Source of the DNA: Thermodesulfobacteriota bacterium
Lineage (GTDB): Bacteria > Desulfobacterota_D > UBA1144 > Nemesobacterales > Mycalebacteriaceae
Length of the DNA stretch: 64,000 nt
NCBI GenBank assembly: GCA_965226585.1
Contig: OZ245366.1
Span: 288,001 to 352,000 of the forward strand
Direction: 5' to 3'
The notes below the pieces were generated by a model. The model saw only the letters and a list, made by a program, of their open reading frames with translations. It made no database searches and was not told the DNA's origin. Both the position numbers and the translations under genes were made by a program. This document shows positions 27,261 to 36,204 of the stretch, piece by piece (the stretch's first letter is position 1; the number at the start of each line of letters is the position of its first letter).

Positions 27261-28730
27261 GTGGTTCGCCCTTCCTTCAAACAGTTCAGAGAGAAACTCA
27301 AATCCGGAAATCTGGTTCCCGTCTGGGACGAAATTCACTCTGATGACGACACTCCGGTTTCCGCCTTCTCAAAGATTGACGACTCAGAGCATTCGTTTCT
27401 TTTTGAGAGCGTTGAGGGCGGAGACAAATGGGCGAGATACAGTTTTCTTGGTTCCGGCTCAAACTGTGTTTTCCGCGCCAAAGGGCGGAACATTGAGATT
27501 GTTGAAAACGGCGTGACGAACAAAAGCGGCGGCGACCCGTTTGACGCTTTGCGGGAGCTTCTGGGCAGATACAAATTTGTTGCCGACCCCGAACTTCCGC
27601 CTTTTGCGGGCGGCGCGGTGGGGTATATGAGTTATGACGCGGTGCGGTTTGTTGAAAATCTGCCGGACGACAATCCCGACCCGCTCGGAGTGTGGGATTT
27701 CCACTTTATGATCACCCGCTCTGTTCTGATATTTGACAATGTGAAAAACGATGTGAAAACCGTTGTGTGCGCCTACTGCCCGGACAAAGCAAATGCGGAA
27801 GATGTCTACAATTCCGCAGTTGTCGAGATAGAGCGGCTTAAACGGGCTTTAACGGCTCCCGCTCCCGGAGCGGCGGAGACTGTTTCAACCGGCGGCGGGG
27901 AGGTTGTTTCCAATTTTGAGAGGGGGGATTTTGAGGATTCCGTCAGAAAGGTGAAGGAATATATTCGCGCGGGAGACATAATTCAGGCGGTGATTTCGCA
28001 GAGGTGGAGCGCAGACCTGAACACGGAGCCGTTCAGTCTTTACAAGGCACTTAGGGTTCTCAATCCGTCTCCGTACATGTTTTTTCTTAAAATGCCCGAC
28101 CAGACGCTGGTTGGTTCGTCTCCCGAAGTTATGGCGCGTGTTGAGGGCGCAGAGGTGGAAAGCCGTCCAATTGCCGGCACAAGACCGCGCGGCGCGAATG
28201 AGGGTGAAGACCTCGCGCTTGAAAAGGAGTTGCTTGCCGATGAGAAGGAGAGGGCTGAGCACATAATGCTGGTTGATTTGGCGCGCAATGATTTGGGAAG
28301 GATAGCGAAGCCCGGTTCGGTGCGGGTGGACTCTTTTATGAAGGTTGAGCGGTATTCTCATGTGATGCACATAGTTTCAAACGTGAAGGGGGAGATGAAC
28401 GAAGGTGTGGATGCGGTTGACGTTGTGAAGGCGGCTTTTCCGTGCGGCACGCTTTCGGGCGCGCCCAAGGTGAGGGCGATGGAAATCATAGAGGAGATAG
28501 AGCCGGACAGGCGCGGGACCTACGGCGGCGCGGTGGGGTATATGAGTTTTTCGGGCGATATGGACACTTGCATTACGATACGGACTTTTCTTGTGAAAGA
28601 CGGCAAAGTGTATGTTCAAGCGGGCGCGGGGATTGTTGCTGATTCAGACCCGGCGCGGGAGTTTGAGGAGACGGTTAACAAAGCGAAAGGGTTGTTGAAA
28701 GCGCTTGAAGCGGCAAGAGGGATGGAGTAG
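27261..28730 (+). CDS. trpE: Anthranilate synthase component I
   Basis: FLFESVEGG, NPSPYMF, PIAGTRPRG, EHIMLVDLARND, GTLSGAPK. Confidence 0.95.
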   Translation: MVRPSFKQFREKLKSGNLVPVWDEIHSDDDTPVSAFSKIDDSEHSFLFESVEGGDKWARYSFLGSGSNCVFRAKGRNIEIVENGVTNKSGGDPFDALRELLGRYKFVADPELPPFAGGAVGYMSYDAVRFVENLPDDNPDPLGVWDFHFMITRSVLIFDNVKNDVKTVVCAYCPDKANAEDVYNSAVVEIERLKRALTAPAPGAAETVSTGGGEVVSNFERGDFEDSVRKVKEYIRAGDIIQAVISQRWSADLNTEPFSLYKALRVLNPSPYMFFLKMPDQTLVGSSPEVMARVEGAEVESRPIAGTRPRGANEGEDLALEKELLADEKERAEHIMLVDLARNDLGRIAKPGSVRVDSFMKVERYSHVMHIVSNVKGEMNEGVDAVDVVKAAFPCGTLSGAPKVRAMEIIEEIEPDRRGTYGGAVGYMSFSGDMDTCITIRTFLVKDGKVYVQAGAGIVADSDPAREFEETVNKAKGLLKALEAARGME

Positions 28731-28742
28731 CAAAGTTTCCCC

Positions 28743-28821
28743 CGTCATTCCTGCGAAAGCAGGAATCCAGTATTAGTTAGCCAAGTTGAATACTGGATTC
28801 CGTGTCAAGCACGGAATGACG
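28743..28821. repeat. Palindromic doublet, inverted orientation (B-arm first)
   Basis: cgtcATTCCtgcgaaagcaGGAATccagtatt...aatactggATTCCgtgtcaagcacGGAATgacg. Confidence 0.9.
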
Positions 28822-28868
28822 GAAATAGCTTGAAGTGGCAAGGGAGACGAAGTAGGATTGGTGTTGGA

Positions 28869-29045
28869 ATGCACAACAAATTTACAGCAATAATTGAGAG
28901 AGATGAAGACTGGTATGTTGCCTACTGCGCGGAGATACCGGGCGCAAACGGACAGGAAAAAACAAAGGAAGAATGTCTGGAAAATCTGTCTGAAGCCATT
29001 GCTCTGATTTCGGAAGACCAACGGCAGGACTGTATGAGAGGATAA
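28869..29045 (+). CDS. HicB-family antitoxin, short and possibly truncated, no adjacent hicA
   Basis: MHNKFTAIIERDEDWYVAYCAEIPGANGQEKTKEECLENLSEAI is a typical short HicB. Confidence 0.75.
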   Translation: MHNKFTAIIERDEDWYVAYCAEIPGANGQEKTKEECLENLSEAIALISEDQRQDCMRG

Positions 29046-29046
29046 A

Positions 29047-29409
29047 ATGCCCGACCACGAAAAAAGAATCGAAAGCCTAATCCGGGAAATCAATGCCGAT
29101 TTTGGCACACGTATTAAGTTTTTTCAGCAAAAAGTAAACATATCAAATATGGGGCTTGAGTTTGGCAGGAATGACCGCAGAGGCAGGTTATACATCGTGC
29201 CTAGAAAATCGAAACAAGGCAGCTATTACATCTCACCGCAAGGCGCGGAACTTGAGAAGGTGGTTTCCGGGGAATTTGAAAATCTTTTCCGCAAAAAGTG
29301 CGATGGTTACAGACAGCCAGAGGAAAGGTGTCCGCATTGGAGCACCGATGACTGGCTGTTAGTTGTGAAAGCCGCCCGCATATATGCGAACTTCGGGAAA
29401 AACAGATAA
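29047..29409 (+). CDS. Hypothetical protein
   Basis: 120-aa ORF with ATG right after the hicB stop and a GAGG RBS. Confidence 0.6.
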   Translation: MPDHEKRIESLIREINADFGTRIKFFQQKVNISNMGLEFGRNDRRGRLYIVPRKSKQGSYYISPQGAELEKVVSGEFENLFRKKCDGYRQPEERCPHWSTDDWLLVVKAARIYANFGKNR

Positions 29410-29443
29410 CCGACCCTGTCTTCCAAACTCCTAAAATGGGCTT

Positions 29444-29773
29444 CTAGGCGAATTTGACTCCGTGTTTTTTTAACTCTTTTTCTATCGCTCCGGGCAAGCC
29501 CAGCGCAGAATTGAAAACCGTTCCACCTTTAGACGCTTTTATACCGTGGGATTTGTTTGGTGAAATGTGCACCATCCCAGACGGATGGCACTTTTTAGCA
29601 ACTATTTGTCCTTTTTGCTTTGCTATATCGTTAGTCCAAAAACGGACCCGCACCTCAATCATTTTCTCACCCTGCTGAGCTTTTTTTTCTTGGTTTGGCT
29701 GTTTTTTTTGTTTTGGTTGATTCGCCTGTTTGACCTGTTTCTTCTGTGTTGCTTGTTTTTTTTGTTTTGGCAT
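29444..29773 (-). CDS. Hypothetical basic protein with a Q/K-rich N-terminal tail
   Basis: GGAGGT RBS; PKQKKQ repeats followed by a globular EKMIEVRVRFWTND domain. Confidence 0.7.
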   Translation of the reverse strand: MPKQKKQATQKKQVKQANQPKQKKQPNQEKKAQQGEKMIEVRVRFWTNDIAKQKGQIVAKKCHPSGMVHISPNKSHGIKASKGGTVFNSALGLPGAIEKELKKHGVKFA

Positions 29774-29879
29774 TTTTACCTCCCAGATGAATCTTTATCC
29801 ATCCCGCTATTCAAGAATGCAAGGACTTTACCACGATTTTGTATGCTCTTAAAACCTCCTTCGTGTATAATCCCCATCA

Positions 29880-30455
29880 ATGCTCCTAATGATAGACAAC
29901 TACGACTCTTTCACTTACAACCTTGTTCACTATTTTCAGGAACTTGGGGAAGAGGTTTCCACTTACCGCAATGACGAAATATCACCGGACGAAATAGAGA
30001 ATCTGTCGCCCGAAATGGTTGTGATCTCACCGGGGCCGTGCTCGCCTGACAAATCGGGCGTTTCGGTTGAAATTGTCAAAAAATTTGCCGGAAAACTTCC
30101 CATTCTCGGCGTGTGCCTCGGACATCAGGCAATCGCGCACGCTTTCGGGGCGTCCATCGTTCGAGCGGAGCGGCTTCTTCACGGAAAAACATCGGAAATC
30201 CACCACAAAGGCGCGGGCGTTTTTAAAGACCTTCCAACCCCGTTCAGCGCAACACGTTACCACTCACTTATAATAGAGCCCGCCACACTGCCCGATGATT
30301 TTGAAGTTACGGCGTGGACGGATAAAGACGAAATAATGGGAATAAAACACAAAAGTTTTTCCGGCACAGGGCGGCTTGAAGGGGTGCAGTTTCACCCCGA
30401 ATCCATACTGACCGAACACGGAAAAGAACTTTTGAAAAACTTTACCGGAGGGTGA
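29880..30455 (+). CDS. trpG: Anthranilate / aminodeoxychorismate synthase component II
   Basis: [32 protein letters not shown]. Confidence 0.93.
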   Translation: MLLMIDNYDSFTYNLVHYFQELGEEVSTYRNDEISPDEIENLSPEMVVISPGPCSPDKSGVSVEIVKKFAGKLPILGVCLGHQAIAHAFGASIVRAERLLHGKTSEIHHKGAGVFKDLPTPFSATRYHSLIIEPATLPDDFEVTAWTDKDEIMGIKHKSFSGTGRLEGVQFHPESILTEHGKELLKNFTGG

Positions 30456-30459
30456 AACA

Positions 30460-32187
30460 ATGAAACTCCTTTTCAGACCGCGTGATGACAAATATATCGG
30501 CGCCGGCGACCTGCCTTTCGGCACTTTTGACGATACCGCGCAGTGGCTTCCCATTTCGCGCTACCTTGAAAAAGGCGCGGAAAAGTTCGGCGATAAAACG
30601 CTTTTCAGCGTCGCAAACTCAGGCGGCGAAGTAACCGAAAGCCACACCTATTTCGAAACAAACGCGTGGGCAAACAGAATAGCAAACGCCCTTTGCGACA
30701 AGGCGGGAGTGAAAAAGGGCGAGACGGTCGGCATATATATGCTGAACCGCGCGGAGTTTGTGGTCTCAATTCTCGCCACACACAAGGCGGGCGGCGTTCA
30801 AGTTCCAATCAACAAAGACGAAAAAGGCGAGCGGCTTGCCTACATAATCAACTACTCCGGGCAAAAGGTTCTTATGACAGACGAGGAAAGTCTGCCCCTG
30901 CTGGAAGAGATAGCGGACGATATTGAAAATCTGGAATTCATTTTCGCCGCAGTGGACGGAAAGAAAAAACTTCCCGAAAAACTGGGGCGCGCGAAAGTTC
31001 TGCCGTTTTCGTTCTTTGACAACTCAAGCGGCGAAAATCCCCCGCGCGATGTTTCAGTTTCAGACACGGAAAGATGTATGTTCACATCCGGCACAACGGG
31101 AATGCCCAAGGGCGTTTCAAGAAACCACAGCGGCGTTGTGCTGACCGTCCGCGCCTATATTGAACATCAGGGAATCAGAAGCGATGACGTGCTTATGACG
31201 GTGCTTTCACTCGCCCACGCGAACGCTCAAGTTATGTGCCTTTTTGCGTCAATCGCATCAGGCGCCGGGTGCGTTATCTTTCCGCGCTTCTCAGCTTCGG
31301 GATTCTGGAAGTGGGCGGCTGACTGCGGGGCGACCGTTACCAATATGCTCGGCTCCGTTCCCGAATACCTGTGGGCGGCGAAACCGTCCGCCTCAGACAA
31401 AAAACATTCCGTCCGCACAGTTCTTGCCGGTCCCGCCCCGAAAAACCGCGGAGAGTTTGAGGAAAGGTTCGGCATCAGAGTTGTTGAGGGCTACGGCTCA
31501 ACGGAGATGGGAATGCCGCTGTGGCAATACGCGGAAGATTTCAGACCCGGCTCATCGGGGTTTGTTACTCAGGGCTACCATCTGGAAATAAGAGACCCCG
31601 AAGACACGGACAGAGTTGTTCACAGCGAGTGGGACACGGACGCGGAAAAGACGGTTCCCCCCGAATGTGTGGGAATGCTTTTTATCCGCCCCCTGATACC
31701 GGACACAACTCTCAACGAATATTTCAAAGACCCCGAACGCACACGGCAGGCGTTTGACGATGAAGGCTTTTTCAATTCAGACGACCTGTTCGCCAGAGGG
31801 GTGGACGGCAGATACTACTTTCAGGGCAGATACAGCAGAATAAGAGTTTCGGGCGAAAATGTGGATCCCAACGCCGTTGCCGCCGCCGCGCTGAAACACG
31901 GCTCGGTTCAGCAGGCGGTTGCTCTGGGGGTGCGTCTGCCGGACATATCCGATGACGAAATCAAACTGAACATAGTCACGGAGCCGGAACAGGAGTTCAA
32001 TCACGAGCAGTTTTGCCTCTGGATGGCGGAGCGCGTTCCCGTCTACATGGTTCCCCGGTTTATACGGATATACGAACAGTTTCCCCTCACATCCACACAA
32101 AAGGTGAATGTCGGCTCAATGAAGGAGGTAGACGGGGAGACCTGGGACAGAAGCAAAACGGAACTGTCTCTCAAGACAAGAAAGTAG
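30460..32187 (+). CDS. AMP-binding acyl-CoA ligase, CaiC-like (paralog 1)
   Basis: FTSGTTGMPKG, RFSASGFW, EGYGSTE, GENV, TSTQKV. Confidence 0.88.
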   Translation: MKLLFRPRDDKYIGAGDLPFGTFDDTAQWLPISRYLEKGAEKFGDKTLFSVANSGGEVTESHTYFETNAWANRIANALCDKAGVKKGETVGIYMLNRAEFVVSILATHKAGGVQVPINKDEKGERLAYIINYSGQKVLMTDEESLPLLEEIADDIENLEFIFAAVDGKKKLPEKLGRAKVLPFSFFDNSSGENPPRDVSVSDTERCMFTSGTTGMPKGVSRNHSGVVLTVRAYIEHQGIRSDDVLMTVLSLAHANAQVMCLFASIASGAGCVIFPRFSASGFWKWAADCGATVTNMLGSVPEYLWAAKPSASDKKHSVRTVLAGPAPKNRGEFEERFGIRVVEGYGSTEMGMPLWQYAEDFRPGSSGFVTQGYHLEIRDPEDTDRVVHSEWDTDAEKTVPPECVGMLFIRPLIPDTTLNEYFKDPERTRQAFDDEGFFNSDDLFARGVDGRYYFQGRYSRIRVSGENVDPNAVAAAALKHGSVQQAVALGVRLPDISDDEIKLNIVTEPEQEFNHEQFCLWMAERVPVYMVPRFIRIYEQFPLTSTQKVNVGSMKEVDGETWDRSKTELSLKTRK

Positions 32188-32250
32188 TTTTGCTTTATAT
32201 GCGGGTTTTGTTATAATCACCCATTCCAAAATTACGTGGGGCAGATTTTT

Positions 32251-32832
32251 ATGTTTAAATCAATTTTTTCAATACTTTTTGCCGTTATATTCGGCATGAC
32301 AGCAATGTCCGCAGTGGCATGGGCGCAGACCAATCCCGGTAAAAACGCCCGTGAAGGCGGGGTGAAAGAGTGCGCGGATGAGATTGAAGAGGTGGCTTCC
32401 ATCTTTTTCAAACAAGACGGACAGGACATTCCGCACATCAGTCACGATTTTACAACCCCGAACAAGAGCGAGGTTGACAAGCGTCCCTTTTCCTCCCTTT
32501 CATTCAGAGGATACGGGGATGTGGGTATTTCCCACATAAACATAGTCGCCTCAAACACATACCTTGAGGGCGGCGGTTTCTTTTCAAGAGGCTCAAACAG
32601 AAAGTGTGATGTGAGCGTGGTGGAGACCTTCTCCTCGCCCAAGACCTGCGAAGAGGTTTCAGGCGAATACTCACAGCAGGGCTACAACGTGTCTCCGTTC
32701 ACAAAAGACATAACTCTTCTGGAAAACGACGGCAGCAACCCCAATCAGTTCTTTACGCACTACTACCTGACTTCCAACCCCAAGGGCGACACCTGCCTTG
32801 TAACCAGAAGAAGGGTTGTGATTCAGCCGTAG
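32251..32832 (+). CDS. Exported hypothetical protein
   Basis: Signal peptide ending AWA; four Cys in the mature part. Confidence 0.7.
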   Translation: MFKSIFSILFAVIFGMTAMSAVAWAQTNPGKNAREGGVKECADEIEEVASIFFKQDGQDIPHISHDFTTPNKSEVDKRPFSSLSFRGYGDVGISHINIVASNTYLEGGGFFSRGSNRKCDVSVVETFSSPKTCEEVSGEYSQQGYNVSPFTKDITLLENDGSNPNQFFTHYYLTSNPKGDTCLVTRRRVVIQP

Positions 32833-32839
32833 CAGGTAA

Positions 32840-33784
32840 CTACGAGCCCGCGAATACCCGGTAGAGAAACGCTCCGTATATCAGAAGAAGCACGGCTCCC
32901 GCCGTTCTTCCCGCCGTTGCCCCTTTTTTCATAAAGGGAAGCGTAAGCGCGGTTAACCCTATTGCGACGGGCAGCTGGAAGCCCGGCACTTCAGAATCCA
33001 CCGAAAGCGGCACTATGGATGAGGTGAGCCCCAGAATTATTATGTTGAAAAGGTTGCTTCCCGCGATGTTGCCTACCGCGATTGAGTGTTCGCGCCGCGA
33101 CACCGCCGCGACAGACGCGGCGAGCTCGGGCAGTGAAGTTCCCACGGCAACCGCCGTTGCCCCGATAACCACTTCCGGAACCTCAGCCCTATGGGCGATA
33201 GACACCGCGCTTTCAACCAGAAGGCTGCTTCCAAGACCAAGCGCCGCAAGCCCGGCGGCAATCGTAACGAGCACCGCCCCCGCGCCGCTTGCAATTTCCT
33301 CAGGGATTTCTTCGCCCGTTTTTCCCGCCTGCCTCACATACAGATAGGCGGTAAGCGGGGCAACGGCGGCGATTACATAAAAACCTTCCGCCCTGCCGAG
33401 AGTTCCATCCGCGCACAGAAACAGAAGAAGCCCCAGCCCGGCGGCGGCGGCGGCGGTTTCCGCCCTCAAGCCCTGCCGCACGCTGATTGGCGCGAGCACG
33501 GCGCTTATCCCCGCTATCAGACCGATGTTTGAGATGTTGCTTCCCACTATGTTTCCGGTCGCAATGTCCGCAGAACCCTTGAATGCCGCCGTGAGGCAGA
33601 CAAAGATTTCAGGCAGTGAAGTGCCCACCGCAATCACCGTCAGCCCGGCGATAACGGGATTCACCTTCAGTTTCCGCGCAAGCAGAGACGCGCCTGCGAC
33701 CGCAGAGTCCGCGCCCACCCAAACGCCCGCGATTCCGGTGGCGAGAAAAATCGCCTCTATAAAAAAAGAGTCAGTTGAAAACAT
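32840..33784 (-). CDS. Ca2+/Na+ antiporter (CaCA, YrbG-like)
   Basis: Two GTSLPE repeats and G..GSN motifs; multiple TM segments. Confidence 0.92.
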   Translation of the reverse strand: MFSTDSFFIEAIFLATGIAGVWVGADSAVAGASLLARKLKVNPVIAGLTVIAVGTSLPEIFVCLTAAFKGSADIATGNIVGSNISNIGLIAGISAVLAPISVRQGLRAETAAAAAGLGLLLFLCADGTLGRAEGFYVIAAVAPLTAYLYVRQAGKTGEEIPEEIASGAGAVLVTIAAGLAALGLGSSLLVESAVSIAHRAEVPEVVIGATAVAVGTSLPELAASVAAVSRREHSIAVGNIAGSNLFNIIILGLTSSIVPLSVDSEVPGFQLPVAIGLTALTLPFMKKGATAGRTAGAVLLLIYGAFLYRVFAGS

Positions 33785-34001
33785 CGTGTTCCGGTCAGTT
33801 CCGCTCTCCGGGGAGCGGAGCAGGGAGTATCAAATATAAACGCGCCCCGCGCAAATGGGAAAGAGATTATTGCGCCCGGCGTGTTGAAATTGTTTTCCGG
33901 TTTGTATAGTTTTTCTCTCCGTGGCTTGGGGAAACCGGAATATCCGGATTCCCGGAAAGATTTACTTAACAGCAATATGCAACCATAGGGAGGATAAAGC
34001 A

Positions 34002-35731
34002 ATGCGCCTTTTATTTAAACCACGCGACCGGCACTATGTGGGAGCCGGGCAGCTGCCTTTCGGAACTTTTGACGACACCACGCAGTGGGAGCCCGTCACA
34101 ACAAATCTTGAAAAGGGAGCCGAACAGTTTCCCGACAAGGATATGTTCAAAGTTGGCGACAGAGACGGAAATGTCGTCAGAACATTCACCTACAAAGAGA
34201 CCAACGAACTTGCCAACAAAGTTGCCAACGGTCTTATAAAGGATTTCGGAATCTCAAAGGGCGAAAAAGTCGGCATGTATATGCTTAACTGCGCGGAGTA
34301 TGTTCTCTCCATCATCGCGGCGCACAAAACCGGCGCGGTTCAGGTTCCAATCAACAAAGACGAAAAAGGCGAGCGGCTTGCCTATGTCATCAACTATTCA
34401 GAGATGAAGGTTGTCATCATAGACGGCGGAAGCATTCCCTTTCTTGAAGAGATAGCGGACGGACTTGAAAAACTGGAGGCGATTTTTGTTGTTTCCGAGG
34501 GAGACGAAAAACTCCCTTCCAAAATAGGAAAAGCGGCCGTTCACCCGTTTTCGGTTTTTGACTCTTCAGATGCTTCAAACCCCGGAGTCAAGGTTTCGGT
34601 GGACGACATGGAAAGATGTATGTTCACCTCCGGAACAACGGGAATGCCCAAGGGTGTTGCCAGAGACCACGGCGGTGTTGTGATGACCGTGCGCTCATAC
34701 ATACAGCAACAGGGCGTCCGCAGTGACGATGTTCTCATGAGCGTCCTTTCTCTCGGACACGCAAACGCTCAGGTGATGTGCCTGTTCAGCGCGATAGGCG
34801 CGGGCGCGACTGCGGTTTTCTTCCCGCGTTTTTCCGCTTCCAACTTCTGGAAGTGGGCAGCCGGGTGCGGAGCCAATTCAGTAAATATGCTTGGAGCCGT
34901 GGCGGAATATCTGTGGTCTGCCCCTGAGAGCGAATGGGACACAAAGCACAACGTGAGAATAATGCTTGGCTCTCCCGCTCCGAGAAATCTGGAGCAGTTT
35001 CAGAAAAGATTTAACGTCAGAGTGGTAGACGGGTACGGCTCAACGGAGATGGGATGGTTCTCTGGAAAGACCCCGAAGACCACCGTCCCGGTTCTTCAGG
35101 TTTCCCGATGGAGGGATACCACGTTGAACTCAGAAACCCTGACAACGCGGACGAGTCGGTCAAATACTTCTGGGACCCCTCAGACGACATAACTCCGCCG
35201 GACGAGGCGAAAGGGCTTCTTTTTATAAAGCCGCTTGTTCCGCACACAACGCTTAACGAATACTTCAAAGACGAAAGGCGCACAAGAGAGGCGTTTGACG
35301 ATGAAGGTTTTTTCAACTCGGACGACCTGTTCGCCAGAGGAATAGACGGCAGATTCTACTTTGCCGGCAGATACAGCAGAATCAGGGTTTCGGGTGAAAA
35401 TGTTGACCCCGTTGCGGTCGCGGATGAAGCGATGCAGTATGCGGCGATACAGGAGGCGATTGCCGTTGGACTGCGGCTTCCAAACGTTTCCGATGACGAG
35501 ATAAAACTGTGCGTAACCGTTAAAAAGGGCGAGACTTTCGATCCCGTTGAGTTCTGCAAATGGATGGCGGAAAGGGTTATGGTCGCGATGGTTCCGAGGT
35601 TTATTGAAATCTACGAAGACGGTTTTCCCGTAACAGCGACTCAGAAGGTCAAGGTTGCCGAGATAAAGGAGATAACCGATAAAACCTGGGACAGAAATGA
35701 AGCCGGTCTCAAGTTCAGTGCGAGAAAGTAA
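34002..35731 (+). pseudogene. CaiC-like acyl-CoA ligase (paralog 2) split by a 1-nt deletion
   Basis: Colinear with 30460..32187; frame breaks at GYGSTEMG (35051-35054) and resumes as MVLWKD in ORF 35054..35731; may be a sequencing error. Confidence 0.8.
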
Positions 35732-36176
35732 CCTCCGGGGAACTTTCCGCGACAGGGCTTTTATGGAACTTGCCCTCCGGCAGGCGGAAGCGGCGGCGGC
35801 GGCGGGCGAAGTGCCCGTGGGGGCGGTTATTGCCGACTCGCAAGGCAATGTTCTTTCATCGGCGCACAACGAGACCGAAGCCCTCGCAGACCCCACTGCT
35901 CACGCGGAGATACTGGCAATACGCAGGGCGGCAGAGAAAACCGGCGACTGGCGTCTGTCCGGCTGTGTTCTGTATGTTACCCTTGAGCCGTGTATAATGT
36001 GCGCGGGCGCGGCGGTTAATTCGCGCATTGAAACCGTGGTTTTCGGCGCGTACGACAGCGAATCCGGCTCACCGCCCGGCAAAGAGGTTTGCCGGCGGGG
36101 TGGAGTGATGGAAGAGTGCTGTTCTGACTTGCTCCGTGGTTTTTTCAGCGGCTTGAGACGGAAGGAAGGTTCTTAA
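35718..36176 (+). CDS. tadA: tRNA adenosine(34) deaminase
   Basis: EVPVGAV, DPTAHAE, WRL, TLEPCIMCAGA; start uncertain (35718 or 35763). Confidence 0.85.
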   Translation: MRESNLRGTFRDRAFMELALRQAEAAAAAGEVPVGAVIADSQGNVLSSAHNETEALADPTAHAEILAIRRAAEKTGDWRLSGCVLYVTLEPCIMCAGAAVNSRIETVVFGAYDSESGSPPGKEVCRRGGVMEECCSDLLRGFFSGLRRKEGS

Positions 36177-36204
36177 GAGGACGGGACACAAACGGTGGTG
36201 CAGA

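Noticed and set aside
33921..35731. Two separate genes of 423 aa and 225 aa
   Set aside because: They are the two halves of one CoA ligase, colinear with 30460..32187 and split by a 1-nt deletion
36040..36110. Shortened TadA C-terminal loop (no DPK.G motif)
   Set aside because: Catalytic HAE and PCxxC motifs are intact and this loop varies between taxa, so a changed function cannot be claimed
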